A stretch of 64,000 nt of DNA from positions 1,642,541 to 1,706,540 of the forward strand of contig OZ037768.1 of assembly GCA_964035545.1 (NCBI GenBank). Reading direction: 5' to 3'. Positions 52,301 through 64,000 of the stretch are shown here, piece by piece. The notes beneath the pieces are model-generated. The model saw only the letters and a program-made list of their open reading frames with translations. It made no database searches and was not told the DNA's origin. Position numbers and translations under genes: made by a program. Every line of letters starts with the position of its first letter. Within the stretch, counting starts at the first letter, position 1. The DNA comes from Bugula neritina. Taxonomy: Eukaryota > Animalia > Bryozoa.

Positions 52301-52871
52301 AAAAATACGCAATTTTAATTTTTCTCAAATAACTAAAATAAAGTAAGCTTTTGGTCCACTGTCCTGGTGAATACAGATTTGTACTAGTCTAATTGTAAGC
52401 TTCATATTGATAGTTGATGGCTAAATGATTTTATATTTATGACCAGAATTATGCACGTATTTGGCTTATTAACTATATGTCACAATGATCACCACAACGA
52501 ATTTAACAAATAAATCTAAAGCTCACTGATTGAACATAAAACCTTCAAGTAATAGAATTTTAAACACATTTTAGTTTCAAGAGTTTATTAGCACTCAAAT
52601 TTAGTACTTAGAAATATTATTTTAATCAACTTCATTACACTTCTGCACTCTCATTAGGAGGATAATCATAATTAAACTTTCAATTTCAGCGAAAATCTAA
52701 AATTAGTACAAGTTGGCAACCACCATTTTTACTTACCAACTTTGGTTTATCTTTGAAATTATCAAGAGCCTCTTTATATAAACAAATTAATTTAGAAGTT
52801 TCTCCTATCTTTGCAGTGGCAGAACTCTTTCTAGCACTAGCTTCTGCTGGAACTTCATCGTGTAACTCCAT
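46314..52871 (-). CDS. ELOA: Elongin A (RNA Pol II elongation factor SIII subunit A / TCEB3), ~1037 aa
   Basis: Minus-strand exons 52871-52737, 52102-52043, 51458-49341, 49152-49053, 48652-48491, 48401-48304, 48036-47932, 47570-47489, 47055-46870, 46381-46314; GT-AG and phase-consistent. TFIIS-N motif STSIGKTVNGFRKH...FARDLVSKWK; MYSG; BC-box VPSLKQQCIAFLCNNID; PYMLVEPI...QLHKLEEYNP; LWEKHCRREF...ESWKDLY; KPPRDVRRKQARYGT; C-terminal MAPLMKMTKK. Confidence 0.95.
46460..46705. repeat. ~15-bp C/A-rich minisatellite (CAGACCACCCACTCA) in the last ELOA intron
   Basis: Tandem copies visible; GT-rich on the sense (-) strand. Confidence 0.9.
47283..47480. repeat. 10-bp-period minisatellite (CATGCAGTGA/CATGTAGTGA/CACGCAGTGA) starting just inside an ELOA donor
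   Basis: The array begins ~8 nt after the minus-strand GT at 47488-47487. Confidence 0.88.
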
Positions 52872-54539
52872 TTGGACTAATCTTAATCTACAGATCAAGA
52901 CGGAGATGACTATCACTATGAGTATGAATATCGATGAGTTTAACGGCAAAACTCGCAGCATTAGCGATAAGCAATCAGCTCACAGCTATACTTTCACGAC
53001 GAACCGTTTAGATTAACTCCAAGAGATCAGTATTACAATAAAATTAAATGACATTAACTCAGTTACCGATATATTTACATTTAGTTTTACTGATTTAGTT
53101 TTAGTAAAACTACGTTCAACGACGACTGGCAGTGACTGTTAGTTACTGAAACTGACTGTCAAATTAATCTAACCACTTTCTAGTAATTCTCATAAATAGA
53201 TAATTGTAGTAGTAAGTGAAAATACGTTAGTATTCACTTCATATTACCACAACAAAGGTGTTGGTAACTCTGTGCTTTGCGTTCAACAATCACAATCCAT
53301 AACTGCATAACTGAATAGTTTATGGTTAATTGCAAAGCTTGCAAATTGACTCGGCTGATGTAGCAAGTGCTAGAGGAAATACGTTTAAAAAGACGTTGAT
53401 TGGACGTTAGCCCCGACCAAACGCTAAATGTTATTTTAGTTATCGTTGTTGATTGGCCAGTTATGCACTTTAATAGCAATGACAGCGTGAAGCAAGCACG
53501 TGGTACTCATAAAACATTGTTTTGAAATGAGAGCTGTCACACCAGGGGCATAATTTATAGCCAACTAGAATTCTGGCTTGACAAATGCAAAATTTCATTT
53601 CCAACATCAACATAAAATATTATACATTGATCATTTCTAACTATTTTTTTTCTATGTACCTATGTAAGTAATAGATGATTAAGCATAGAATTAGTAGATA
53701 ATACCATAGTTCTGTTTAGAAATAGCTAAAAGGTATGCCAGTGCAGTTGTACAAATATATAATAAAGTATAAGTAATAACACGTTGAGGCTGACTACCAG
53801 TGGAGTGATTTATGATACCATTAAAGTTTACCCCAACTGACCTGCTACTCCAGTTTTGAAAGAAATGCATTTTAGCAATTGATATTTTCAAATCAAAATT
53901 AGTTTTTATATGGTACTATATTAAGATAGGATTATTGCTCTTGAATATACGCAAACATGTATACTAGTAATTATGAGAGTAAACTATGTTGCTGTATACT
54001 AGTTACTAGGGAGGTAAGTTGGTACATGTAGACAAGTAGGTATAAATAAACAATTCTCTGTTGAAAGACAGTCTAAAGTCTAAAAAAAAAATTATTGAAA
54101 TAAGAGTAAGAGTAAGGATATGAAGGGAAGAATTAGTACATCCTTTTATTATGTATCAACAAAATCAAAATTAGATAAAACATTGGAAATATTTATAAAC
54201 CAACATTTACCAGCATTGTAACGCAGAATCCTTTATGGCTGCATATGCAAAGCACTCAACAGTAAAAAGGGTTTGAAATTAATTTTACAAAACTTCAAAT
54301 TACAGCTGCTATTTTGAAATAAATTATAACATTTATATTTCGAAACAGCAATGTTTAATTTTTGCTATTTTCTATAGTCTTGCTTTTCACTTAGACAAAA
54401 ATGTTACCAAAAAGACATACATATATAATGAATTATATTATATACAATATAGAACATAAACATGCTCATATACAGATATTAAATATATACGACTATACAT
54501 TATTAAGCGTATATATACTTAAGATGCACCAATATATCA

Positions 54540-54947
54540 TTACACCTTTTCCATATTAAAATTTGAACCACCATTTTGACTCAACAGCTCCAGACTTTTC
54601 TTATACTTATTGTAGTCCATCCCATTAACATTTCGCAGTATCAAACATTCACAGTACAAGCCTTCTGAGTCAGAGAAATCTTGTTGCATATTGATTGTGC
54701 CGACTACTTCCATCAGGTCCCCTTTACTTAGTAGGCCATGAGTTTCGGCAAATTGCAGAGAACCATTCAAGGTTAACTTGAGGTCACACCTGGCATGCTC
54801 TGGACAACCGAATGAAAGTGTTTGGGTGACATGATTAATATTCTTCAAACGGGCCACAAATCTCACTTGAGAGGAGAAATGAACTTCTGCAGCAATGTCG
54901 TGGTACAACAAAATGCAAGCGGATGATATATTCCGTTCACTTTCCAT
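54540..54947 (-). CDS. TEN1: CST complex subunit TEN1-like small OB-fold protein (135 aa from Met at 54947)
   Basis: Single coding exon with an upstream acceptor at 55006-55007. Layout VRFVARL...GDLMEVVGTI...LILRNVNGMDYNKYKKSLELL resembles the TEN1 pattern (R.FGRL...V.GEL...LRCVDG.D...Y..A) and the size fits. RPA3 is the less likely alternative. Confidence 0.65.
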   Translation of the reverse strand: MESERNISSACILLYHDIAAEVHFSSQVRFVARLKNINHVTQTLSFGCPEHARCDLKLTLNGSLQFAETHGLLSKGDLMEVVGTINMQQDFSDSEGLYCECLILRNVNGMDYNKYKKSLELLSQNGGSNFNMEKV

Positions 54948-56244
54948 TAACCTCTGATTACCAAAGCGAGCATAATTAACACTTTCTTTGGCTGCCAATA
55001 GAACACTACAAAATATAAATTTATTGTAATGGAGTATCAAAACATTTACTTTAAATGGGAAGCAAACATAACAAAGCACTTTTGCCAACATAACCATAAT
55101 GATGCTCAGCTACACCGACTTTCAAGCTTGAAACACAATCACTGAGTGCTACTGTTAGTATAAGTATAAGAATGAATAGTATAACTAAAGGTATGTAATT
55201 GTGAAATTGTTCGACTGGCTGTGTGAGTGTGTCACTGCTGACTGCACTTTACAATTAATCACAACTCATACCACTACATCTTATAAATAGAACTAAAAAT
55301 AAATGGCTCCGATTATATTTATTTTAACTATTACTATTACCAATACTATTGATATTATAATTATAATAATAATTAATATTATCATTTTAATTTTTTCAAC
55401 ATTATCATAATCATTATCAATTTGAATAAATATAATAATTAATAATTATATTTATTAATAATATTACTATTAGTATTGGACATTACCTAATAAATTTTCA
55501 AGCATGAAATAGCTTCCTCAGTTGCCAGTAATTCTAAAAATTACGGTAATTTCCCAAATAATTTTAGGGAGGTTAGAATTATCGAGAGCTAATCCTAATC
55601 ACCAAAAGGCAAAAATTACAAACTCACAATGACAATCACAATGTTAATGTATTAAATTTCAGCGCTACTTCACGTTTGTAGCCATAAATCCTATGTAAGT
55701 TACAGTTAGGTGTCAGTAGTGCTAAAACTCTACAACATTTCCACTTTTAGATTACTAAACAAGTAAACGGTCAAGGTCATTAATGAAACCTGAAACTGGA
55801 AAAGAAATTGTTTTGCAGTAGCACAAAGTTGAGCCTTGAGTGCGGTGATTTGGGGTATCAAGTTTTAAATTGGCAGTTTGTAGTTCATGCAACAATGTCT
55901 ATATAAACAGTGCACTCACGGACTTCAAAATTTGTGCTGCTTCTATCAATATCACCTTGAAATATTAGTTGGCTAATATTTATATTGATAATTTTTATTT
56001 TATAAAATATAAATATAATAACTATAATCATAATGAAATGATAATCCTTTAAAATTATAATTTTTTACTCACTTAGAGTTAGCCTAACGTAGTATTTTTG
56101 AGTTAAAGTGTAACAAAGTTGGTTTTTGTGATTTAATGGTTAAATGAATATAACGCTGTCACCTGTGCTAATACTTACAGTTACCCGCTACCCGAGCAGG
56201 ACAAAGCGGAGATACTGATAGGTGAGAAAGTGAAAAAAACCCGT

Positions 56245-56430
56245 GCTAATACTTATACTTATAGGTTATGGTTATACTAATACTATAATTATTACTGTTA
56301 GTATAACTATAAGTATAACTAAAGTCTAAACCTAATAGTAATACTAATAGTAATAGTAGTACTAGTACTAGTAGTAATACTAATAGTAATACTAATAGAA
56401 AAAGTGCAAGTAAATCTAATGGTAATGCTA
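56245..56430. repeat. Low-complexity (TAA/TAG/TAC)n tract between TEN1-like and MED24
   Basis: Degenerate trinucleotide and hexanucleotide repeats; explains the Leu-rich ORF at 56246-56434. Confidence 0.7.
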
Positions 56431-57149
56431 ACACATTTAGTGACTTTCACTTACAGATGGAGGTATATACTTATACTTCAAATAATACTTACATGTATCT
56501 GATAATCTGTAAGTGTATACACTATACAGATTTGAGGTTGATATACTTATAGTTATACTTTTAGTTATACTGTAACTTAGTAGTTAGTATTATACTGAAA
56601 AATTTAATTTAATTATTTTAATACATATATGTTTGCCATTAATATTATTATTGTATACCTATTTTGAAAATATGTGTTTCGCTTTAAAATTTATATCATA
56701 AATGCCAAGATAACTATGATTTAATTTTGCATCGTTGCATTAAAATTTGATTTTCCCAGTGAAAATCTTATAAAAGGCCAAAATTTGAAAGCCAATCTTG
56801 TTATTAAGGCTGTTGAGCTTACTTTGAAAATAATTAAAAGCTGAAGTGTTATCTTAAAAGTAATATTGTGAATAAGTTTTGAAGAAGTCTAAAAATGGAA
56901 GTAGTAGCTACTGAGTTGTACTTCAGCTAAACTGACTGTAGAAAAGCTTTTTAGACTAGTTTGTAATTGGAACTAATGTTAAACAAGATAATCAACGAAA
57001 GATTTATCACAAATACAGAGGTCTCACATGTTTGTGTTGCCTGGAACTTACTGAAAGTTTTTTTATTAAACTCAAAGAGTTGTTAGAGCAATAGTTTTCT
57101 TATGACTGTTTAATGCTATGTGTACAATGATTGGCTTTAGAACCTTAAA

Positions 57150-60100
57150 ATGGACAGCCAGAATGCATTGAGGGCGTTAGTGATGAGAGCCTGGCAGGAG
57201 AGATGGTCTCCAGCTAAGTTCTCTGTCCAGTGTAAGAAGTGTGTAGTTGAGGAGCCTACACAAGGGGACTCAGTGGAGGTTCTGGCTGGTTGGTACTCAA
57301 ACTATGTAATATGTCACTATGTAATATGTCACTATGTAAGATGTCACTATGTAATATGTCACTATGTAATATGTCACTATGTAATGTGTCACTATGTAAT
57401 GTGTCACTATGTAATATGTCACTGTGTGATATGCCACTATGTAATATGCCACTGTGTAAGATGTCACTATGTAACATGTCACTATGTAAGATGTCACTAT
57501 GTAAGATGTCACTATGTAAGATGTCACTATGTAATATGTCACTGTGTAATATGTCACTGTGTAATATATCACTATGTAATATGTCACTGTGTAATATGTC
57601 ACTGTGTAATATGTCACTATGTAATATGTCACTGTGTAATATATCACTATGTAATATGTCACTATGTAATATGTCACTATGTAATGTGTTACTATGTAAT
57701 ATGTCACTATGTAATATGTCACTATGTAATATGTCACTATGTAATGTGTCACTATGTAATATGTCACTGTGTGATATGCCACTATGTAATATGCCACTGT
57801 GTAAGATGTCACTATGTAACATGTCACTATGTAAGATGTCACTATGTAAGATGTCACTATGTAAGATGTCACTATGTAATATGTCACTGTGTAATATGTC
57901 ACTGTGTAATATATCACTATGTAATATGTCACTGTGTAATATGTCACTGTGTAATATGTCACTATGTAATATGTCACTGTGTAATATATCACTATGTAAT
58001 ATGTCACTATGTAATATGTCACTATGTAATGTGTTACTATGTAATATGTCACTATGTAATATGTCAATATGTAAGATGTCACTATGTAATCTGTCACTAT
58101 GTAATATGTCGCTATGCAAGATGTCACTATGCAAGATGTCACTATGTAATATGTCACTATGTAAGATGTCACTTTGTAATATGTCACTTTGTGTATTCAG
58201 AACTGTTATTGAACGAAGCACTGGTCGGATCTGCTGCCAATGAGCTCTTCCTGTCTTACCTCCAACAGCTTCTCACTAGTCAGGTAACAATGCTTGTATA
58301 TACGAGTGAATTTAGACATCATTGTAAAGTAAATCGAGCATTAAACTTGAAGATAATTTGTGTTTAGTTTAACACAATTTCGGTCAAATATAAAAATCGT
58401 GAAAGCAGCTACAAGTAGCTAGTAGTTAAAATGGGGACTTAATTATTCAACATAATGGAGATACTATTTTTATGTAAATTAAATTTTCAAAATAATGTCA
58501 TATTTTATGAGGGATCTATATATAGAAATCTGGTTACTTGCTTACGTTATGTAACAGGTGAGTCAGCCAGGTAAACTGCTGTATTTCAGTTGAGGTGAAA
58601 CAAATATTTCTAATATTTAGCAGCCCTCATCAACAGTTATATTTATATTTTCCATTAATAGCTATAGACTTTTTATAATGAGTTCCTTTGACATGGTGTG
58701 TAAGGTATGTGCATGGTGTTGTACACGCTGTTGTAGATGCTGCCGCTAAACAGGGTGCTGATTGCTGCCTCTCAGTTTCAGGATGTACAAAAACCTCGAA
58801 TCCTCCTCGATCTGATCAACTTTATCAGAAAAAACTCAAACCTCTTCTTGTAAGATTTACTACAATATCAACAGTGAAATGGTTTAGTCAACTAATGTCT
58901 ATTCTTGGTATGTATGTGTGTGTACAATGAGGAGGTGTTTTGTTTGCTGATGCTACTAACAACATAACATGCTATTCAGCACTCATTTTACACCTACGTA
59001 GCATTTTATATCACTTAATATGTTTAGCTCAAAGTTACAGCTATAAAAAGTTACTTCCATGATACAGGAAATTAATAGTGTTCTTCAAATGCGAAATGCA
59101 AGTTTAAATGGTGCCATGTTGATATGTTACGCTCCATGAATCTTAGAAAATATCTTATGGTGTACAAAACACTCTTTGGCTTAAAGTCAATGAGTCTGCT
59201 GAGTGAAATAAATAAAAAGCTGCATCGTAGCAAGCTCTTTTAGAAACTTTTTTCACTTCATAACATTATTTTGTCTACACAGTCTGGACGTGCCCAAGAA
59301 TGGCATTGTGGACCACTGTGACCTCATAGCTGGTCATGTGACCTGGCTGTTTATTCTGATGTACAAAGTGATGTGCAAGATGTCTGAACTGGAGAGGGTG
59401 GAGCAGACGTACAACCTGTATTCCTCTCTCCTCACGTCTAGTTGTGACATCATAGAGAAGATAACTCTGAATAAGAACAGAATGCGAGTAATAAAGTTGG
59501 CAAGGAAAGTCACACACACTGGTTGGTATATCTTAGCTAATCATAGCAGTGGATAGGGTACTTGTCATATGGTGTCATTGAGTATGGCACCATAACTTAC
59601 TAGTGTCATTACCACAGGTTTTATCAGTTGTTGTTTAGCAACTTGACAGTACATTACTAAATGAATAACCGCATTCAATAGTCTATGTTGTGTATATTAA
59701 TATAATGGTATATAAATAATAAACATATTCTGTCATCGGAATTACTTCATATCAATACATTAACAAGAATGTAACAATAGGTTACTTGCTGGGGTTGCAT
59801 GGTGGTATAAGAAAACATTTATCTTATATTTCAATGGTTCCATAAAAATTGAGAGTTTACTTGTCTGTCTGTTATTTAGACAGGTATCAAGGCCTCCAAG
59901 AAAACGCCACTCAACTCCTACCCCTGCTGCCGTACCTCAGTGATAGAAAGCCGGACATAGTCAGCAGGATACGAGCTATTGCAGCAGCGTGTGAAAAGTT
60001 AGTGTTGAGCAGCATGGCGTTAGCTGCAGAACTGTTGGTTGGCAAAACTTTAATTTTGTGACATCTGTAAAGCACTCCGATTTTAAGTTTGCAATGATGA

Positions 60101-63100
60101 ACTAAAGCTGGCTTAGTTTAACCACAATCATTAAATATAATTACTTGAATTCTTCAGAGTTATCCTCTCTATTCTCACACTTGCATCTACTGCTTATTGT
60201 CCAACTCATAGCATTATGTTGCCATGTTTACAGACTAGAGGCAGATGATATGCTAACAGACCTTGCAGGTGAAAACAAACTCTTCCTTCTAACAAACCCC
60301 TCCTCTGTCATTGCCTCGTTGGTTACTATGGAGGTGTTGGGGCACCCGTGTCGCTCCACTACACAGATGGTTAACTACCTGAGGCTATACAAATCTATAC
60401 AGGTACTGAGGCTATGCTGCTGCAGTATAACTATTGAGCTGTAACCATAGTTCTACCAGCAGCTCAACTCTACAGGCTGGGTGGTGAGCCTCTCCAAACC
60501 TCTCTCTACCATTGCAAGTTTAAAGACACTAAGCAAGACTCACCAAGCAGATATATAAATAAAGTAGAGTGCTCAGCACTTTAGTCTAGCCTCTAAAATC
60601 TGTCAATTTTATTACTTCAATTTCTGTTTAATATTATTGATATGTAGAATAATTTAAATTTTATATTATAACTCAACAAATATTTACACTATGTTGTATT
60701 TGAATATGCAGTTGTATTGCTTGTGTTTTATAGCAAAATTTTCTCACTTCAATTGCTTGAAATTTTTGCAGCAAAGGGTTTTTGCAATTATTGTTTTATA
60801 GTGTTTTTTTGGGTCTTCATTGTACAAGACTACCTCTCAGGTTACATAATCAGGTGTAGTTCTTTACAATATAGGAAGTTGCATTCTCCTGACAACACAT
60901 CACAACATATCTGCTGCTTCCTTGCAGTATGCTAGCATTAAACTATGAGAATGTTGACTATTTCAGAGACTGGAGGGATATGTGATTGTGTCAGAGATAC
61001 TGCGGGGCTGCGTCTCGGGTCTATTGGAGTCTGAGAATCTAGACAGAGTTCTGTGGATAGCATTTACCTACATCAAGGTGGGCGGTGTGCCAGCCAGACT
61101 CAGTCAATTCTGTTAAATTTTCACTTGTTTATATAGAACGTTCTTTAATCTAAAATACTTCAATTATGTTTAGTCAGTAGGTGATAGTATACCATGTGAG
61201 TTCCCATTGTTTATACTTGTTGTAACTCTTACAATCTGTCAAGGTGCTATGTTGTCATGTAAGAGTTATTCTCTCATGTCTGTTTACTGCAGCTGCCGAC
61301 ACTGCTGAGCCAACTGCTGTCAGCTAGCAATCAGATAGTCACAGCAGACGACGTGACGACCGGACTGGACATGCTTCTCTCTCACAACACCCTCATTGCT
61401 AAGACAGAGTTGGCGTTGAACGAGTCAGTTTATTCTCTTTATTACCTCCTGTTACTGAATGTTCTACTCTGTGATAGGCAACCAACCATCTGCATATGTC
61501 ATGTATATCGGTCTATTTTAACCTATCGTATAGTAGCTCTGTTCTTAAATGGCTCTTGAATCTAATTGAAACTAAAGATTTGAAATGTCAAGTTAATAAT
61601 GTCTGCACTGTCTACTGTTCATATGTCTGCACTGTCTACTGTTCATACGTCTGCACTGTCTACTGTTCATACGTCTACACTGTCTACTGTTCATACGTCT
61701 GCACTGTCTACTGTTCATACGTCTGCACTGTCTACTGTTCATACGTCTGCACTGTCTACTGTTCATACGTCTGCACTGTCTACTGTTCATACGTCTGCAC
61801 TGTCTACTGTTCATACGTCTGCACTGTCTACTGCTCATACGTCTGCACTGTCTACTGTTCATACGTCTGCACTGTATACTGTTCATACATCTGCACTGTC
61901 TACTGTTCATACGTCTACACTGTCTACTGTTCATACGTCTACACTGTCTACTGTTCATACGTCTTTACTGTCTACTGTTCATATGTCTGCACTGTCTACT
62001 GTTCATATGTCTGCACTGTCTACTGTTCATACGTCTTTACTGTCTACTGTTCATACGTCTGCACTGTCTACTGTTCATACGTCTGCACTGTCTACTGTTC
62101 ATACGTCTGCACTGTCTACTGTTCATACGTCTGCACTGTCTACTGTTCATACGTCTGCACTGTCTATTGTTCATACGTCTGCACTGTCTACTGTTCATAC
62201 GTCTGCACTGTCTACTGTTCATACGTCTACACTGTCTACTGTTCATACGTCTACACTGTCTACTGTTCATACGTCTTTACTGTCTACTGTTCATATGTCT
62301 GCACTGTCTACTGTTCATATGTCTGCACTGTCTGCTGTTCATACGTCTTTACTGTCTACTGTTCATACGTCTGCACTGTCTACTGTTCATACGTCTGCAC
62401 TGTCTACTGTTCATACGTCTGCACTGTCTACTGCTCATACGTCTGCACTGTCTACTGTTCATACGTCTGCACTGTATACTGTTCATACGTCTGCACTGTC
62501 TACTGTTCATACGTCTGCACTGTCTACTGTTCATACGTCTGCACTGTCTACTGTTCATATGTCTGCACTGTCTACTGTTCATACGTCTGCACTGTCTACT
62601 GTTCATACGTCTGCACTGTCTACTGTTCATACGTCTGCACTGTCTACTGTTCATACGTCTGCACTGTCTATTGTTCATACGTCTGCACTGTCTACTGTTT
62701 ATACGTCTGCACTGTCTACTGTTCATACGTCTGCACTGTCTACTGTTCATACGTCTACACTGTCTACTGTTCATACGTCTACACTGTCTACTGTTCATAC
62801 GTCTACACTGTCTACTGTTCATACGTCTTTACTGTCTACTGTTCATATGTCTGCACTGTCTGCTGTTCATACGTCTGCACTGTCTACTGTTCATACGTCT
62901 GCACTGTCTACTGTTCATACGTCTGCACTGTCTACTGTTCATACGTCTGCACTGTCTACTGCTCATACGTCTGCACTGTCTGCTGTTCATATGTCTGCAC
63001 TGTCTACTGTTCATACGTCTGCACTGTCTACTGTTCATATGTCTGCACTGTCTACTGTTCATACGTCTGCACTGTTTACTGTTCATACGTCTGCACTGTC

Positions 63101-63797
63101 TACTGTTCATACGTCTGCACTGTCTACTGTTCATACGTCTGCACTGTCTATTGTTCATACGTCTGCACTGTCTACTGTTCATACGTCTGCACTGTCTATT
63201 GTTCATACGTCTGCACTGTCTACTGCTCATAGGCCAAATACATTGAATCTCCTTGTGACGGAACTGGGCAATGCTAACTTGATATCTTCAAGTAATGTGT
63301 CATGCTTTATGGAGAAACTCAACTCACGGCAGCGGGTATTTGCTGACTCTACCAACAGCTCGCCCATTAGCCTTGTTTACTCTTGCTTCAGCATTCTTGA
63401 TGACATCATTTCCTCTTTGAGTCAGGTTAGTTTTGGATACTTAGTTATTTGTTTTGTTTTTCTGCTTTAGGCAGCAAACAAATAACATTGAGGATGTCAG
63501 GATTTTTCTCAAACATTCTTTGATTTGGGCTCATGGCATTGTGTTTATATGAGCCATACTTGATAAGTTGTACTCCACACATGACTCTTTACTAAGTTAA
63601 GTTGTATATGTGAGGAAAGCTGCTAAGGGTTGTCTGCTCTCTATGTAGGTCAACAGTAGCCCTGACATTGCCTCCTACGGGGCGGGTGTTGTCACGGCCC
63701 TTTCTCGTGCTACTCACTCAGAGGATCTGCTGAACAGAGTCTTGGTGTCTGCTGCTTGTGCTGGCAGACTTTCTCAGCTCATCTCTCACCTGCTCAG
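57150..63797 (+). CDS. MED24: Mediator of RNA polymerase II transcription subunit 24, N-terminal part (continues beyond the window)
   Basis: Exons 57150-57288, 58201-58283, 58737-58849, 59283-59521, 59880-59997, 60234-60402, 60967-61077, 61293-61423, 63233-63425, 63649-63797; phase-consistent. Motifs LRALVMRAWQERWS, LAELLLNEALVGSAANELFLSYL...SQM, EILRGC..GL.ES, LWIAFTYIKLP and AACAGRL match MED24 as recalled (AWKERWS, LADALLEQAMIGPSPNPLILSYL, WTAFTFLKIP, AAATGKL). Confidence 0.88.
57301..58192. repeat. 15-bp minisatellite (ACTATGTAATATGTC, ~59 copies) occupying nearly all of the first coding-region intron of MED24
   Basis: Tandem copies with a 345-bp higher-order duplication (diagnostic GTGATATGCC at 57426 and 57771). 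Confidence 0.97.
61600..63232. repeat. 24-bp minisatellite (GTCTGCACTGTCTACTGTTCATAC, ~68 copies) ending at a MED24 acceptor
   Basis: Highly homogeneous tandem array. The last copy ends ...CTCATAG| where internal copies read ...TTCATAC. Confidence 0.97.
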
Positions 63798-64000
63798 GTA
63801 TGTTTCTCTTACGACGCTAAACCAAAAAACATTAAACCATTTTAAGTGATTTCATATTGCGTGTGTTTAGTCTGTAACAGAGAATATTTTGAATTTAATT
63901 AATGTCTCTTTGTGCATACATAAAAAGCATATAATATGTTGATAAACCAAAGTCTGCACTAGTATGAACTTCAGCTATGAATTTAGTTGGGATTTGTCTA

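Noticed and set aside
54948-55097. N-terminal extension of the 185-aa ORF 54540-55097
   Set aside because: It crosses a clear acceptor (TTTTGTAG at 55006-55013 on -), so the upstream part is probably intron/UTR. Met 54947 gives a TEN1-sized protein.
57256-58243. Long ORFs in other frames and strands of the 15-bp array (HSDIL, MSLCN, IVTYY repeats)
   Set aside because: Any stop-free 3n repeat gives long ORFs in several frames; there is no evidence of independent genes.
61496-63246. 578-, 623- and 359-aa repeat ORFs (CTVYCSYV, HTSALSTV, FIRLHCLL) suggesting metallothionein- or mucin-like proteins
   Set aside because: Translations of the 24-bp intronic array. Retention of this intron hits a stop at 61557-61559 before the array; only 63233-63425 is a real MED24 exon.

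Overview
AT-rich, intron-rich animal (invertebrate-type) genomic DNA. It is not prokaryotic and has no CRISPR, rRNA or true tRNA genes. Manual GT-AG splicing recovers five protein-coding genes: SFSWAP/suppressor-of-white-apricot (+, 16 coding exons, 2608-12093, ~808 aa); a PDE8-family cAMP phosphodiesterase (+, 17853-44511, MGCAPS N-terminus, REC-PAS-catalytic, ~826 aa plus an optional 68-codon exon); Elongin A (-, 46314-52871, ~1037 aa); a TEN1-like OB-fold gene (-, 54540-54947); and the 5' part of MED24 (+, 57150 to beyond the window). Transposon remnants include nested CACTG-ended elements, a hAT MITE with a perfect 8-bp TSD and a nested insertion, two copies of a tRNA-derived SINE, an L2/CR1-type LINE 3' end and another MITE. 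The most unusual feature is a set of intronic minisatellites in register with splice junctions. Several are tandem copies of the 5' or 3' splice site itself, giving arrays of 5-9 decoy donors or acceptors, and they are concentrated in the splicing regulator SFSWAP. Gene identities rest on motifs recalled from homologous proteins; no database search was run.
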